From a virus, in IMG/VR virus record IMGVR_UViG_3300045988_111231, positions 1 through 37,026 of that record: 37,026 nucleotides of DNA. One strand, 5' to 3'. Numbering within the stretch: the stretch's first letter is position 1; every line of letters begins with the position of its first letter. The notes under the pieces are model-generated. The model made no database searches, was not told the origin of the DNA, and was given only the letters and a program-made list of their open reading frames with translations. This document shows positions 17,090-25,338 of this stretch, in pieces. Position numbers and translations under genes: made by a program.

Positions 17090-17596
17090 ATGGCAAAGGC
17101 GATAAGAATAGACGGCGTCGAGGATGTCCTCCGTATGTTTGACGGCGCTCCGAAGGAGCTTCAGAAGGCCGGCAAGAAGGCTATGGCATCAGCTGGACGC
17201 AAGGTGGCGGCCAAGCTCAAAAGGCAGATACCCTCACGCTGGAAGAAGCTGATCAAGTCGAAGGCCAAGATGTCGAGGGACGGCAACTTCTACGCCGATA
17301 TGGGACTTTACAACGGACACGAGGCGCAGGGGCACCAGCCGAACGGGAAGAAGGTCTCTGACTGGTTCAAGGCGTACTGGGCCGATTATGGCACGTTGGA
17401 GCGGCGCGACCCGAGCCATAAGTTCGATTATCCGGTCAAAAGTAAGGATTCGGCGAACGGGCGGCTTAGGCGGAATGACAAGGGACAGTTCCCGACCGGC
17501 TTCTTTGAGGAGGCCTGCGAAGGCTGGGAGAATGTCTTTCTGGAAGAATTCAAGGGGTCTTTGAAAAAGCAGGGTTATGATCTCGACAGGCTTTGA
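17090..17596 (+). CDS. HK97 gp10-like tail component
   Basis: Gene order. 168 aa. Confidence 0.5.
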   Translation: MAKAIRIDGVEDVLRMFDGAPKELQKAGKKAMASAGRKVAAKLKRQIPSRWKKLIKSKAKMSRDGNFYADMGLYNGHEAQGHQPNGKKVSDWFKAYWADYGTLERRDPSHKFDYPVKSKDSANGRLRRNDKGQFPTGFFEEACEGWENVFLEEFKGSLKKQGYDLDRL

Positions 17597-17936
17597 TGAC
17601 AGGATAGGCAAGGCTGTGGTGGCCGCCGTGAAAGAGGTAGTCCCGGTCTCGCTTTACGAGGCGGAGACGGGGGCGTATCCTTACGCCGTGTATGAGCATT
17701 CGCCGGAATATTTCCGCACCAAGGATGGCGTATACAAGATTGTCTCCAGCCTTCCGGTCACGGTCTATGGCAAAAGGTTCGCCGACACAAGGCCGCTGGC
17801 TGACAAGATTGAGGAGGCCGTGCTTTCGGCGATGAATAACGGAACCTTCAGGACGTTCACGGTGTCCCGCTCCGACACTTGCGTGGAGGGGATATGGCGC
17901 AGCGAGGTCAGGTTCCAGATAACGCAATACAATTAG
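17577..17936 (+). CDS. Tail terminator-position protein
   Basis: Gene order only. Confidence 0.45.
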   Translation: MISTGFDDRIGKAVVAAVKEVVPVSLYEAETGAYPYAVYEHSPEYFRTKDGVYKIVSSLPVTVYGKRFADTRPLADKIEEAVLSAMNNGTFRTFTVSRSDTCVEGIWRSEVRFQITQYN

Positions 17937-17949
17937 ATTTTTTAATATT

Positions 17950-18357
17950 ATGGTAGAAGGTTACAACATAGCGTTCAAGCTGAACAACAAGACTTTGGCC
18001 GGACGCACTCAGGATGATCTCACGATCACCCCGACCACAAAGGAGAGCATCACAAAGGATGACCAGGGCAACAAGCAGTCAATGGTCATCGGGCAGGAGG
18101 TCACTTTCGCGGCACAGGGAATGGTTGAGGTATCCACGACAGGAGCCACGACCAAGTTGACGCGTGACGATTTAATAGAGATGGCCTTGAAGACCGGTTC
18201 GGCGGCTGTCATCCCGTTCGTCTATTCCTGTGCCGGCGGCAAGTCCTATTCAGGCAACTGTGTCTGCACCGGCTACACCGAGAGTTCCAATTCAGAGGAC
18301 ACCGCGAGCTGGACGATGAACTTCAAGGTGTCGGGAGCGATGACCCCAGAGTCGTAG
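17950..18357 (+). CDS. Major tail protein
   Basis: 135 aa, immediately upstream of the chaperone pair and the tape measure gene. Confidence 0.65.
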   Translation: MVEGYNIAFKLNNKTLAGRTQDDLTITPTTKESITKDDQGNKQSMVIGQEVTFAAQGMVEVSTTGATTKLTRDDLIEMALKTGSAAVIPFVYSCAGGKSYSGNCVCTGYTESSNSEDTASWTMNFKVSGAMTPES

Positions 18358-18359
18358 CC

Positions 18360-18683
18360 ATGGTTGAGGTCAAGGTTAACGGCAGGTTTTATCCTGCGGC
18401 GGCGAATTTCAACGCCGTGGCGGCTTACTTGAGATATGTGGGCCGCGACACGATAGACGGGCTGATGGATATAGCGCGGCTGTCGGCATCGGACTGCACC
18501 GCGCTGGTGGCCGCCTGTGTCAACGAGGGGCTGCGCAAGGGCGGAAGCGATGAGAGGATCACCCCGGAGGATGTCGGGGCGGCTCCGAACTCGTTGACTG
18601 AGGTTCCTGATGCGGTCGCGGCCATATTCAGGGAGCTGTCCCCCGGAGCCTCAGGTCAGGAGGACGGCAAAAAAAAAGAGTAG
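18360..18683 (+). CDS. Tail assembly chaperone (G-like, unshifted product)
   Basis: 107 aa ending in GKKKE at an A9 tract. Confidence 0.7.
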   Translation: MVEVKVNGRFYPAAANFNAVAAYLRYVGRDTIDGLMDIARLSASDCTALVAACVNEGLRKGGSDERITPEDVGAAPNSLTEVPDAVAAIFRELSPGASGQEDGKKKE

Positions 18684-19042
18684 AGGACACGGCTCCGCGC
18701 ATTAGCGTCACCATCGCGGATGCGCGGGGCTGGGCTTTCGGGCTTCTGGGGATGACACGCGCGGAGTTCTATGGTATGCCGGTTGGGGAGTTCTGGGAGG
18801 CGATGAGGGCATACGGACGCAGGGAGGAGGCGAATGCGAGGCACCTGGGAGAACTGGCAAGAGGTGCGGCGTTGAGGCTCTTCAATGTCCAGCTTAGGAG
18901 AAAAGATCAGCTAAAAGAGCCGGCTGACTTCTGGCCGATGCCGTGGGATGCGAAGGAGTCGAACGCGCCGGAAATGTCCTCCGAGCAGAAGGAGCGGTCT
19001 ATCGGCCGCCTGTTGAATATAGTCAAAAAACAAGGTTGGTGA
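18360..19042 (+). CDS. Tail assembly chaperone frameshift fusion (G-T-like)
   Basis: See the slippery tract feature. This is the canonical position upstream of the tape measure gene. Confidence 0.55.
18666..18680 (+). other. -1 programmed frameshift slippery tract (GGC AAA AAA AAA GAG)
   Basis: The -1 frame is open from 18668 through to the stop at 19042. I checked it codon by codon up to the ATG at 18752. Confidence 0.6.
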
Positions 19043-19043
19043 T

Positions 19044-20861
19044 ATGGCGAGCAAAAAACTGAAAGTGAGTGTTGACGCGGACGCCTCCGGGTTCAAGAAG
19101 GAGATGGCTGTGGCCAAGAAGTCAACGCAGGAGTTCTCGAAGACGGTGGGCGATATGTCCGCAGCCGTGGAGGACTCACTCGGCATACCTATCGGCGCCA
19201 TTGCGGAGGTCGGTTCTAAACTCAAGAACGTGGCGACCCTTTTCAAGGGGGCTTCCGCACAGGGAGAGACGGCTTTCCAGAAGATCGCTTTGGGCGCGGG
19301 AGTGGCAGCTGGGGCAATCGCCGGAATCGGCATTACGGGTCTTATAGCGTCCTTTAAGATACTTAATGACGAGGCGCAGCGCTACCGCAACACGGTTGAG
19401 GGGACCGCGCAGACGTTGCAGACGGATGCCTGGAAAGGAACTTACGCGCAATCGGTGAGCGATGCCACGGGGCTCGGGAAAGTATATGCCGGCTATCAGG
19501 ATAAGATGTCGAAGTATTGGACTATGACGAAGGGCTTCGGTGCTGCAGCTTTGTCCGGACTTATCGAGGGCGGCACCCGTGGGTTGATAGCTAATGTCGC
19601 GAGCGTCACGACGGCGACGGTAGCGGCAACCAAGGTTGCTGACAAGGCCGCGGTCTATGCGAAGGAGATCTTCGACACGACGGAGGCGATGAAGGACAAG
19701 TCGATCGAGTGGAAGGATAACCTTGCGCAGGTCGCCGAATTGATGCTTATTGCTTCCGATACTTCCAAGTCCACGAAGGAGCGGCAGGAGGCCGTCACGA
19801 AGGCTATAGATCTTCAGAAGAGCACGACCGCCGAGCAGGTGGAGATGCAGAAGAAAGTTGCCGACAACATCAAGGCGCAGAACGACCTTGCGAGCAGCTC
19901 TGTAGAGGATATGGACCGGCAGCGCAATGCCTACGCCGCCGTGAATGATCTGCAAAGGGAATGTAATCAGAAGTTGAGGAGGATGGTCAGCCTCCAGAAC
20001 ACCATACAGCAGAGCGTTTCCGCCACCGGGCAGAAGTGGCGGGATGGGATAAACAAGGCCGTCGAGGCCGGCATGACGGAGATCGCCAAGTTCAACGCCG
20101 AGATGGACAAGGCGCTGGAGATGCGCGACAAGATGGCCATGGACAACATTGCCGCTCCGCTGAAGTCAATGTCCGCGAGCCTTACAGGGCGCGCCGACAA
20201 CGGCAAGGGGCTGACAGGGGGTATCAACATCGACGAGGAGGCCTTGAAGGGGCTCCAGCAGCTCACGCAGTTCGACACGTCCGCCGTTGACGGGCTTCTC
20301 GCCAAGATCGACCCATCAAAACTCTCGGAGAGTTTCAAGGGGTATTACAACTTCCTCGATGAGATGATCAAGGCCACGGATGATGCCAACAAGGCACTGA
20401 ACGACGCCATTGTGGGCGGCATATCGGACTCCTTCCAGTACCTGGCGAACTGCGTGGCGGGCCTTGACGAGCTGAGTGGCGCGGGGATGATGAACGCCCT
20501 GCTTTCGCCTTTGGCCGAGGCGGCGATCAAGATGGGAGAGATAATGGTTTCAGCCGGACTCGCCTCCGAGGCGTTCAAGTCGATGCTCACGAACCCTTAC
20601 ACGGCCATAGCCGCCGGTGCCGCCCTCATAGCGGTGGGAGCCGCCGCCAAGGCCGGACTCCAGGCGGCGGTAAACAGCGCCACCGGAACGTCCTACGTGG
20701 CGAGCTCCGTGGCAAGTTCTGGATATTCCAACAACAGCTCGAACGACAGGAGCTGGGAGAGGGAGATGACCCTGCACGTGACCGGCACATTACAGGCGGA
20801 CGGCTCCAAGCTCGTGGCCGTGCTTAACAACGAGGCTAACAGAAAAAGATACACGACTTGA
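19044..20861 (+). CDS. Tape measure protein
   Basis: 605 aa, Ala/Gly-rich helical, with hydrophobic C-terminal segments. Gene order supports the call. Confidence 0.8.
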   Translation: MASKKLKVSVDADASGFKKEMAVAKKSTQEFSKTVGDMSAAVEDSLGIPIGAIAEVGSKLKNVATLFKGASAQGETAFQKIALGAGVAAGAIAGIGITGLIASFKILNDEAQRYRNTVEGTAQTLQTDAWKGTYAQSVSDATGLGKVYAGYQDKMSKYWTMTKGFGAAALSGLIEGGTRGLIANVASVTTATVAATKVADKAAVYAKEIFDTTEAMKDKSIEWKDNLAQVAELMLIASDTSKSTKERQEAVTKAIDLQKSTTAEQVEMQKKVADNIKAQNDLASSSVEDMDRQRNAYAAVNDLQRECNQKLRRMVSLQNTIQQSVSATGQKWRDGINKAVEAGMTEIAKFNAEMDKALEMRDKMAMDNIAAPLKSMSASLTGRADNGKGLTGGINIDEEALKGLQQLTQFDTSAVDGLLAKIDPSKLSESFKGYYNFLDEMIKATDDANKALNDAIVGGISDSFQYLANCVAGLDELSGAGMMNALLSPLAEAAIKMGEIMVSAGLASEAFKSMLTNPYTAIAAGAALIAVGAAAKAGLQAAVNSATGTSYVASSVASSGYSNNSSNDRSWEREMTLHVTGTLQADGSKLVAVLNNEANRKRYTT

Positions 20862-20863
20862 TT

Positions 20864-23617
20864 ATGGCTTACGGGGAATTATACAGGTTTGTCTTTGACG
20901 CGGCCAACGGCCCGGAGGTCACCATCTCCGTTGCGAAGAAGGATTATACCGGTGAGGTTTACCGCCGAGCCGTTGGCGGCTCGGCTACGCTGAGGCGCGA
21001 GCGCTCCGGATGTATCCTCGGATCGTCGCTCGCGTGGTCGGCGGAGTGCCTTTCGGAGGATGAGTTCGCCGAACTCTACACCTCCGACCCGACACTTTAC
21101 CGCGTATCGCTGCGCTTCTCCGGCACGACCGTGTGGCAGGGATTTATAACTCCTGAACTCTACTCTTCGCCATGGGTGGACACGCCGTATGACGTGACGC
21201 TTACGGCGACGGACAACCTCGCCGAGCTGAAGAACTCGACTTTCAAGGCAACGGGAGACATCCAGGTAGAATGGTTGATCAGGGATTTACTTGAGATCAC
21301 GGGGATCTCCATATCGTCCGCGCAGGATATGGAGATGGCATACATAAGCTCAATGAAAGGTGACAGAAAGCACATCAGCCTCCTGACCGTCAACGTTGAC
21401 CATCTCGCAGGGGAGACATGCTATGACGTGCTTAACTCGGTTCTGGAGTCCCTCCATGCAGTTTTATATCTTGACTACGCGGCCGAGAGTTGGGTGGTCA
21501 TGCGCGAGACCGATGTAAGCGGCGCCAATGTGGGCTTCCTGACATTCGGCAAACTTGACGGACTGTCAGATCTCGCCGCCAACGGAAGCCTGGCGATGGA
21601 GATCGTTCCGGCAAGGAAGGAGCCGACGGTGAGCGAGGAGATCCATGCCGCCAATGTTGCAAAGGCATTCAACTCGTCGAATGTCCAAACGACAGGAGGC
21701 ACGCCGAAGTGGGAGGAATCTGACTACGGCGCGGCGGTCAGGCTGACGACAGTGCCACCAAGCCAGCTGTCCGGCACCCCTGAGAGCATAGACAGCGTGG
21801 CAAGCGTGTTGTTCACGTCACTCGCCGCCGGAAGACGTTATACGCTGACCTTCAAGGCTCGCAACACGGGGTTCTTCGCTGGAAAGACACTGCTGCAATG
21901 GGGCTTGATCATAACCGGCCAAAACGGCTCCGTTTCACGGGCAATATATTTCGACACCAACGGCGGATACTCGGCATCCTATCCAGGTTCTGACTACCCG
22001 AACGATACGGAGCTGACTCCCGAGATTGCGGAGTATTCCGTCAGTTTTGTCATTCCGCAGAAAGTTGGCTCGGCGGGGTTCACCCCGTCGCGGGGGAGCT
22101 TCAGCGCGAGATGCATGCGGAAGGGTGATGGATCAAGCGTCTGGACGGCGGATGCCTGGCTTGCGGATGTCAGGCTGCAAGTGGCTGACTTCCCGGACGG
22201 TCTCTCAACACGTGTCATCCTCGACAACAATGCCCGGACGGAGGCGGACGGCGTTGCGCTCGAGTTCGGAAACGATATAGCGTCAGGAAGGCAGAATGTC
22301 ATTCGGGAGATGAAGTTCATCTCCGACGCGATAGTGACAGAGCAGGACTTCAACACCTTCATGGCTATTGATAACGCCCTATCGGTGGCTCTGCCGAGGT
22401 TGAGGCTTTCGGGAGTTATGTTCTTTAAAAAGCCAACGTGGCGGCTGCCGAAATTCGTAAGGACTACCCATGTGTCCGCGGACAACCTTGACTACATCGT
22501 CGAGGAGTATAACTTCGACCTTGTGACCGGCAACATCGACATCTCGATGATCAGCCTTCCGGCGGCGGCATTGGCTTACAAGGAGATCAAGACAACAAGC
22601 GATAAACGCATCCCTTCCGGCTCGTCGACATCGGGGGCAGCATCTGGAACACAGGGGCCGCAGGGAGAGCCTGGCCCCAAGGGAGACAAAGGCGAAAAGG
22701 GCGACAAGGGAGACACGGGGCCACAGGGAGAGGTAGGCGCTACGGGGCCGCAGGGTGTCAGGGGAGCGATCGGCCCGCAAGGGCCACAAGGACCTAAGGG
22801 CGACCCCGGAGCGGCGGCGGGGTTCGCCACTCCGACCGCGGAAGCCTTCTTCATCGCCGGGGGCACCCCCACGGCGGAGGTCACGGCCTTGGGGCCGGAC
22901 ACGGCCAAGAAATTCGCCTTCAAGTTTGGAATTCCGAAAACCTCGGAGGTCATCGACAGCCAGGCAAGGCTCCGCGTCAGACCTGTTCTGAAAATCTTCC
23001 GGGGATATACAGAGGATGATGTCGAGATAAAAAACCTATCTATCAGACATCCGGCTCTGTCATCAGATAAATACGAGGCTGTGTTGATGGTCTACAGAAG
23101 GATGAACAAGCGGAGGCGTGGTGTCCACGGCTCCCTTAACAAGCCGGCGAGGATTGCCAGGAAAGGCTGGTTCGTCGCTCTCGGCGACAAGGATGTCACC
23201 GACCATGCAGCGTTCACGGTGCAAGGTTTCGGCAGTGGTCAAGGTGTCGTCATGAGGCTCGCGGAGCTCCGCGACTTCATCGTCAAAAGGTTCATGGAGG
23301 ACTCTGGCCACACGAAGGCGGAGCTGTGGACAAGGGACTACGCCCAGTGGGGGGCGGAGAGCAACGTGAGAAGGGGATTTGGCAACGCATACAAGGCGAG
23401 AAAGAAGTTCGGAATAGCTGTTAGGTATGTTAATCCGGCATTCACCGCGCTCGTCGACCAGACCAAGCCGCTGTCGCCGACGACCATGGAGCTGACCAAC
23501 ACTGCCGGTGAAAAGGTGCCGCGCTATATCTACTCGGACGTCGCACCGCTGACTGTCGAGTTGCAGAACAAGGGCGCGGCGCAGCGGGCCAGCATGTGGT
23601 TCGGCGTGTCCGGATAA
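20864..23617 (+). CDS. Large distal tail / host-interaction protein with collagen-like repeat
   Basis: 917 aa. Contains 17 uninterrupted G-X-Y triplets encoded at 22655-22807. Confidence 0.75.
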   Translation: MAYGELYRFVFDAANGPEVTISVAKKDYTGEVYRRAVGGSATLRRERSGCILGSSLAWSAECLSEDEFAELYTSDPTLYRVSLRFSGTTVWQGFITPELYSSPWVDTPYDVTLTATDNLAELKNSTFKATGDIQVEWLIRDLLEITGISISSAQDMEMAYISSMKGDRKHISLLTVNVDHLAGETCYDVLNSVLESLHAVLYLDYAAESWVVMRETDVSGANVGFLTFGKLDGLSDLAANGSLAMEIVPARKEPTVSEEIHAANVAKAFNSSNVQTTGGTPKWEESDYGAAVRLTTVPPSQLSGTPESIDSVASVLFTSLAAGRRYTLTFKARNTGFFAGKTLLQWGLIITGQNGSVSRAIYFDTNGGYSASYPGSDYPNDTELTPEIAEYSVSFVIPQKVGSAGFTPSRGSFSARCMRKGDGSSVWTADAWLADVRLQVADFPDGLSTRVILDNNARTEADGVALEFGNDIASGRQNVIREMKFISDAIVTEQDFNTFMAIDNALSVALPRLRLSGVMFFKKPTWRLPKFVRTTHVSADNLDYIVEEYNFDLVTGNIDISMISLPAAALAYKEIKTTSDKRIPSGSSTSGAASGTQGPQGEPGPKGDKGEKGDKGDTGPQGEVGATGPQGVRGAIGPQGPQGPKGDPGAAAGFATPTAEAFFIAGGTPTAEVTALGPDTAKKFAFKFGIPKTSEVIDSQARLRVRPVLKIFRGYTEDDVEIKNLSIRHPALSSDKYEAVLMVYRRMNKRRRGVHGSLNKPARIARKGWFVALGDKDVTDHAAFTVQGFGSGQGVVMRLAELRDFIVKRFMEDSGHTKAELWTRDYAQWGAESNVRRGFGNAYKARKKFGIAVRYVNPAFTALVDQTKPLSPTTMELTNTAGEKVPRYIYSDVAPLTVELQNKGAAQRASMWFGVSG

Positions 23618-23632
23618 AAAAAATCATCCGGC

Positions 23633-23710
23633 GTAGCACCCTATGGGCGCGATAGCCGGACAGTAGCACCCTATGGGCGCGTTACGGGAGGGTAGCACCC
23701 TATGGGCGCG
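23633..23710 (+). repeat. Three perfect 19-bp direct repeats GTAGCACCCTATGGGCGCG
   Basis: Copies at 23633-23651, 23663-23681 and 23692-23710, with 11- and 10-bp spacers. Each contains the imperfect hairpin GCACCC-TAT-GGGCGC. Confidence 0.9.
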
Positions 23711-23740
23711 TTACCGGAACAAATATAAAGTTTTTTTTTT

Positions 23741-25321
23741 ATGAAAGAATGTGATTGCGACAAAAAACTGCCTGGTATCCGCATGGTAAAAGGCAATGAC
23801 CTTACGGTTGTAGCTCTGGCGTCCGTCTATGACGCGGACAGCGGCGCATATATTGCGTTCAACCTCGGCGTTTGTACGGGTGTCACGATGAGGCTCGTCC
23901 GCTCTTTTAACAGGATCGAGGCCAAAAATATCTCTGTCGACGGCAATGAGGTATCTGCCACATTCGCCGGCACGACACTCACAACAGGCACGTACGGTGT
24001 GGAGATTTTGTTTAGTAAGGATGGGCAAGACGGCCGGATCTTCGAGAATGATCTCTTCGCCATCGTAACTGACAGTGGTGACGCGAGCATAGACACTGCC
24101 GCCGGAGGCGGTAACGGGCAGGGGTACAACATAACGGTTGACATCAAGTCGAGGACACTCCGTATCGGGCAGGTCTCCGGCATAACGGACTACAACCTGC
24201 TTGAGAACCGCCCGTCGATAGGCGGAGTGACACTGGAGGGAAACAAGAGGCCTTCCGACCTCGGGATGTACTCGAAGGAGGAGGCCGACAAGCGCGTCCA
24301 GGGGATGCTGGACGGCAAGGTGGACAAGGAGCCAGGCAAGGGCCTCTCCGCGAACGACCTCACGGACGAGAGGGCGAGGAAGGTTGACATGCTGGCGAAG
24401 GACGGCCGCGCCAACGAGCACCTGAACGGCGCCGGGACATACTCCCGACCGGTGAGGCAGGGCTACGGCGTGTCAGTCGAGGATGACAACACGGTGTCCG
24501 TGGACCCGCAGGTCATAGCCCGCCAGTCGGACGTGGCAAACGTGGCCGCCGACCTCGCCGCGCAGAAGGCCAAGGAGCAGGGCGACATCGACAGGGCGAA
24601 CGCCGCCATATCCAAGGAGGAGACCGACCGAAAGGCCGCCGTGGCCGTGCTCCAGTCGCTCATCGACATCCTGAACTCGGACTCCAACGTTGACGGCTCC
24701 GTGAAGAAGACCGTGGCCGACGCCATAGCCAGGGTGGTGGCGGGCGCGCCGGAGGACCTCGACACCCTGAAGGAGATAGCGGACTACATCGCCTCAGACA
24801 AGACGGGGGCGGCGCAGATGGCCGCGGCAATATCCCAACTTCAGACGCTGACGAAGGGACACACGTCAGACATAGCGGGGAACGCGGCCGGGGTGGCCGC
24901 CAACGCGTCGGACATCACTAAGCTTAAGAAGTACAACGACGGGGCGGAGGCGAGGATAAAGTCCCTGGAGGACGGCAAGGCCGCCACGGACTACGTGGAC
25001 GGCAAGAACCTCACGGTGGCCGAGGCCATAGTGAGCCTCGCCGCCCGTCTGGACGCGCTGGAGGGGAGCCGCGGCCTCCTCGGTGACGCGACCGCCGGGA
25101 CGGTCGACGTGAGGGGGCTGACGAGGTGCCGCTATCCCCTCGTGATGCTCGGACACGGCGTCCCGGCCGAGGCGAACGTGCCGGACAACCTCCCGGACGG
25201 ACTCCCGTGGGACGGGGTGCCGGCGTTCGTGGGGCAGAACTACATCAACCTCGACGCGGCGTCGGGTGGGCTGTACTACGCGGCCGGGAATGAAAACGTA
25301 AGTGACTGGAAACAGGCTTAA
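23741..25321 (+). CDS. Tail fibre protein
   Basis: 526 aa. Carries a YNLLENRPSIGGVTLEGNKRPSDLG motif typical of phage fibres and a long coiled-coil region. Confidence 0.7.
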   Translation: MKECDCDKKLPGIRMVKGNDLTVVALASVYDADSGAYIAFNLGVCTGVTMRLVRSFNRIEAKNISVDGNEVSATFAGTTLTTGTYGVEILFSKDGQDGRIFENDLFAIVTDSGDASIDTAAGGGNGQGYNITVDIKSRTLRIGQVSGITDYNLLENRPSIGGVTLEGNKRPSDLGMYSKEEADKRVQGMLDGKVDKEPGKGLSANDLTDERARKVDMLAKDGRANEHLNGAGTYSRPVRQGYGVSVEDDNTVSVDPQVIARQSDVANVAADLAAQKAKEQGDIDRANAAISKEETDRKAAVAVLQSLIDILNSDSNVDGSVKKTVADAIARVVAGAPEDLDTLKEIADYIASDKTGAAQMAAAISQLQTLTKGHTSDIAGNAAGVAANASDITKLKKYNDGAEARIKSLEDGKAATDYVDGKNLTVAEAIVSLAARLDALEGSRGLLGDATAGTVDVRGLTRCRYPLVMLGHGVPAEANVPDNLPDGLPWDGVPAFVGQNYINLDAASGGLYYAAGNENVSDWKQA

Positions 25322-25338
25322 AAAAAGGAGGATACATC

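Noticed and set aside
23633-23710. Possible mini-CRISPR array (three identical 19-bp repeats).
   Set aside because: The spacers are only 10-11 bp and the repeats only 19 bp. There are only three units, no cas genes and no leader-like region. A regulatory or RNA-structure array is more plausible.
23741-25321. Search for a second DGR variable repeat in the other fibre and tail genes.
   Set aside because: I saw no segment resembling the TR (for example GTCTGGAGTTGCTCCCGG or GTGGCGGCTCCCCTCGTG) anywhere except 26575-26697. A computational scan should confirm this.
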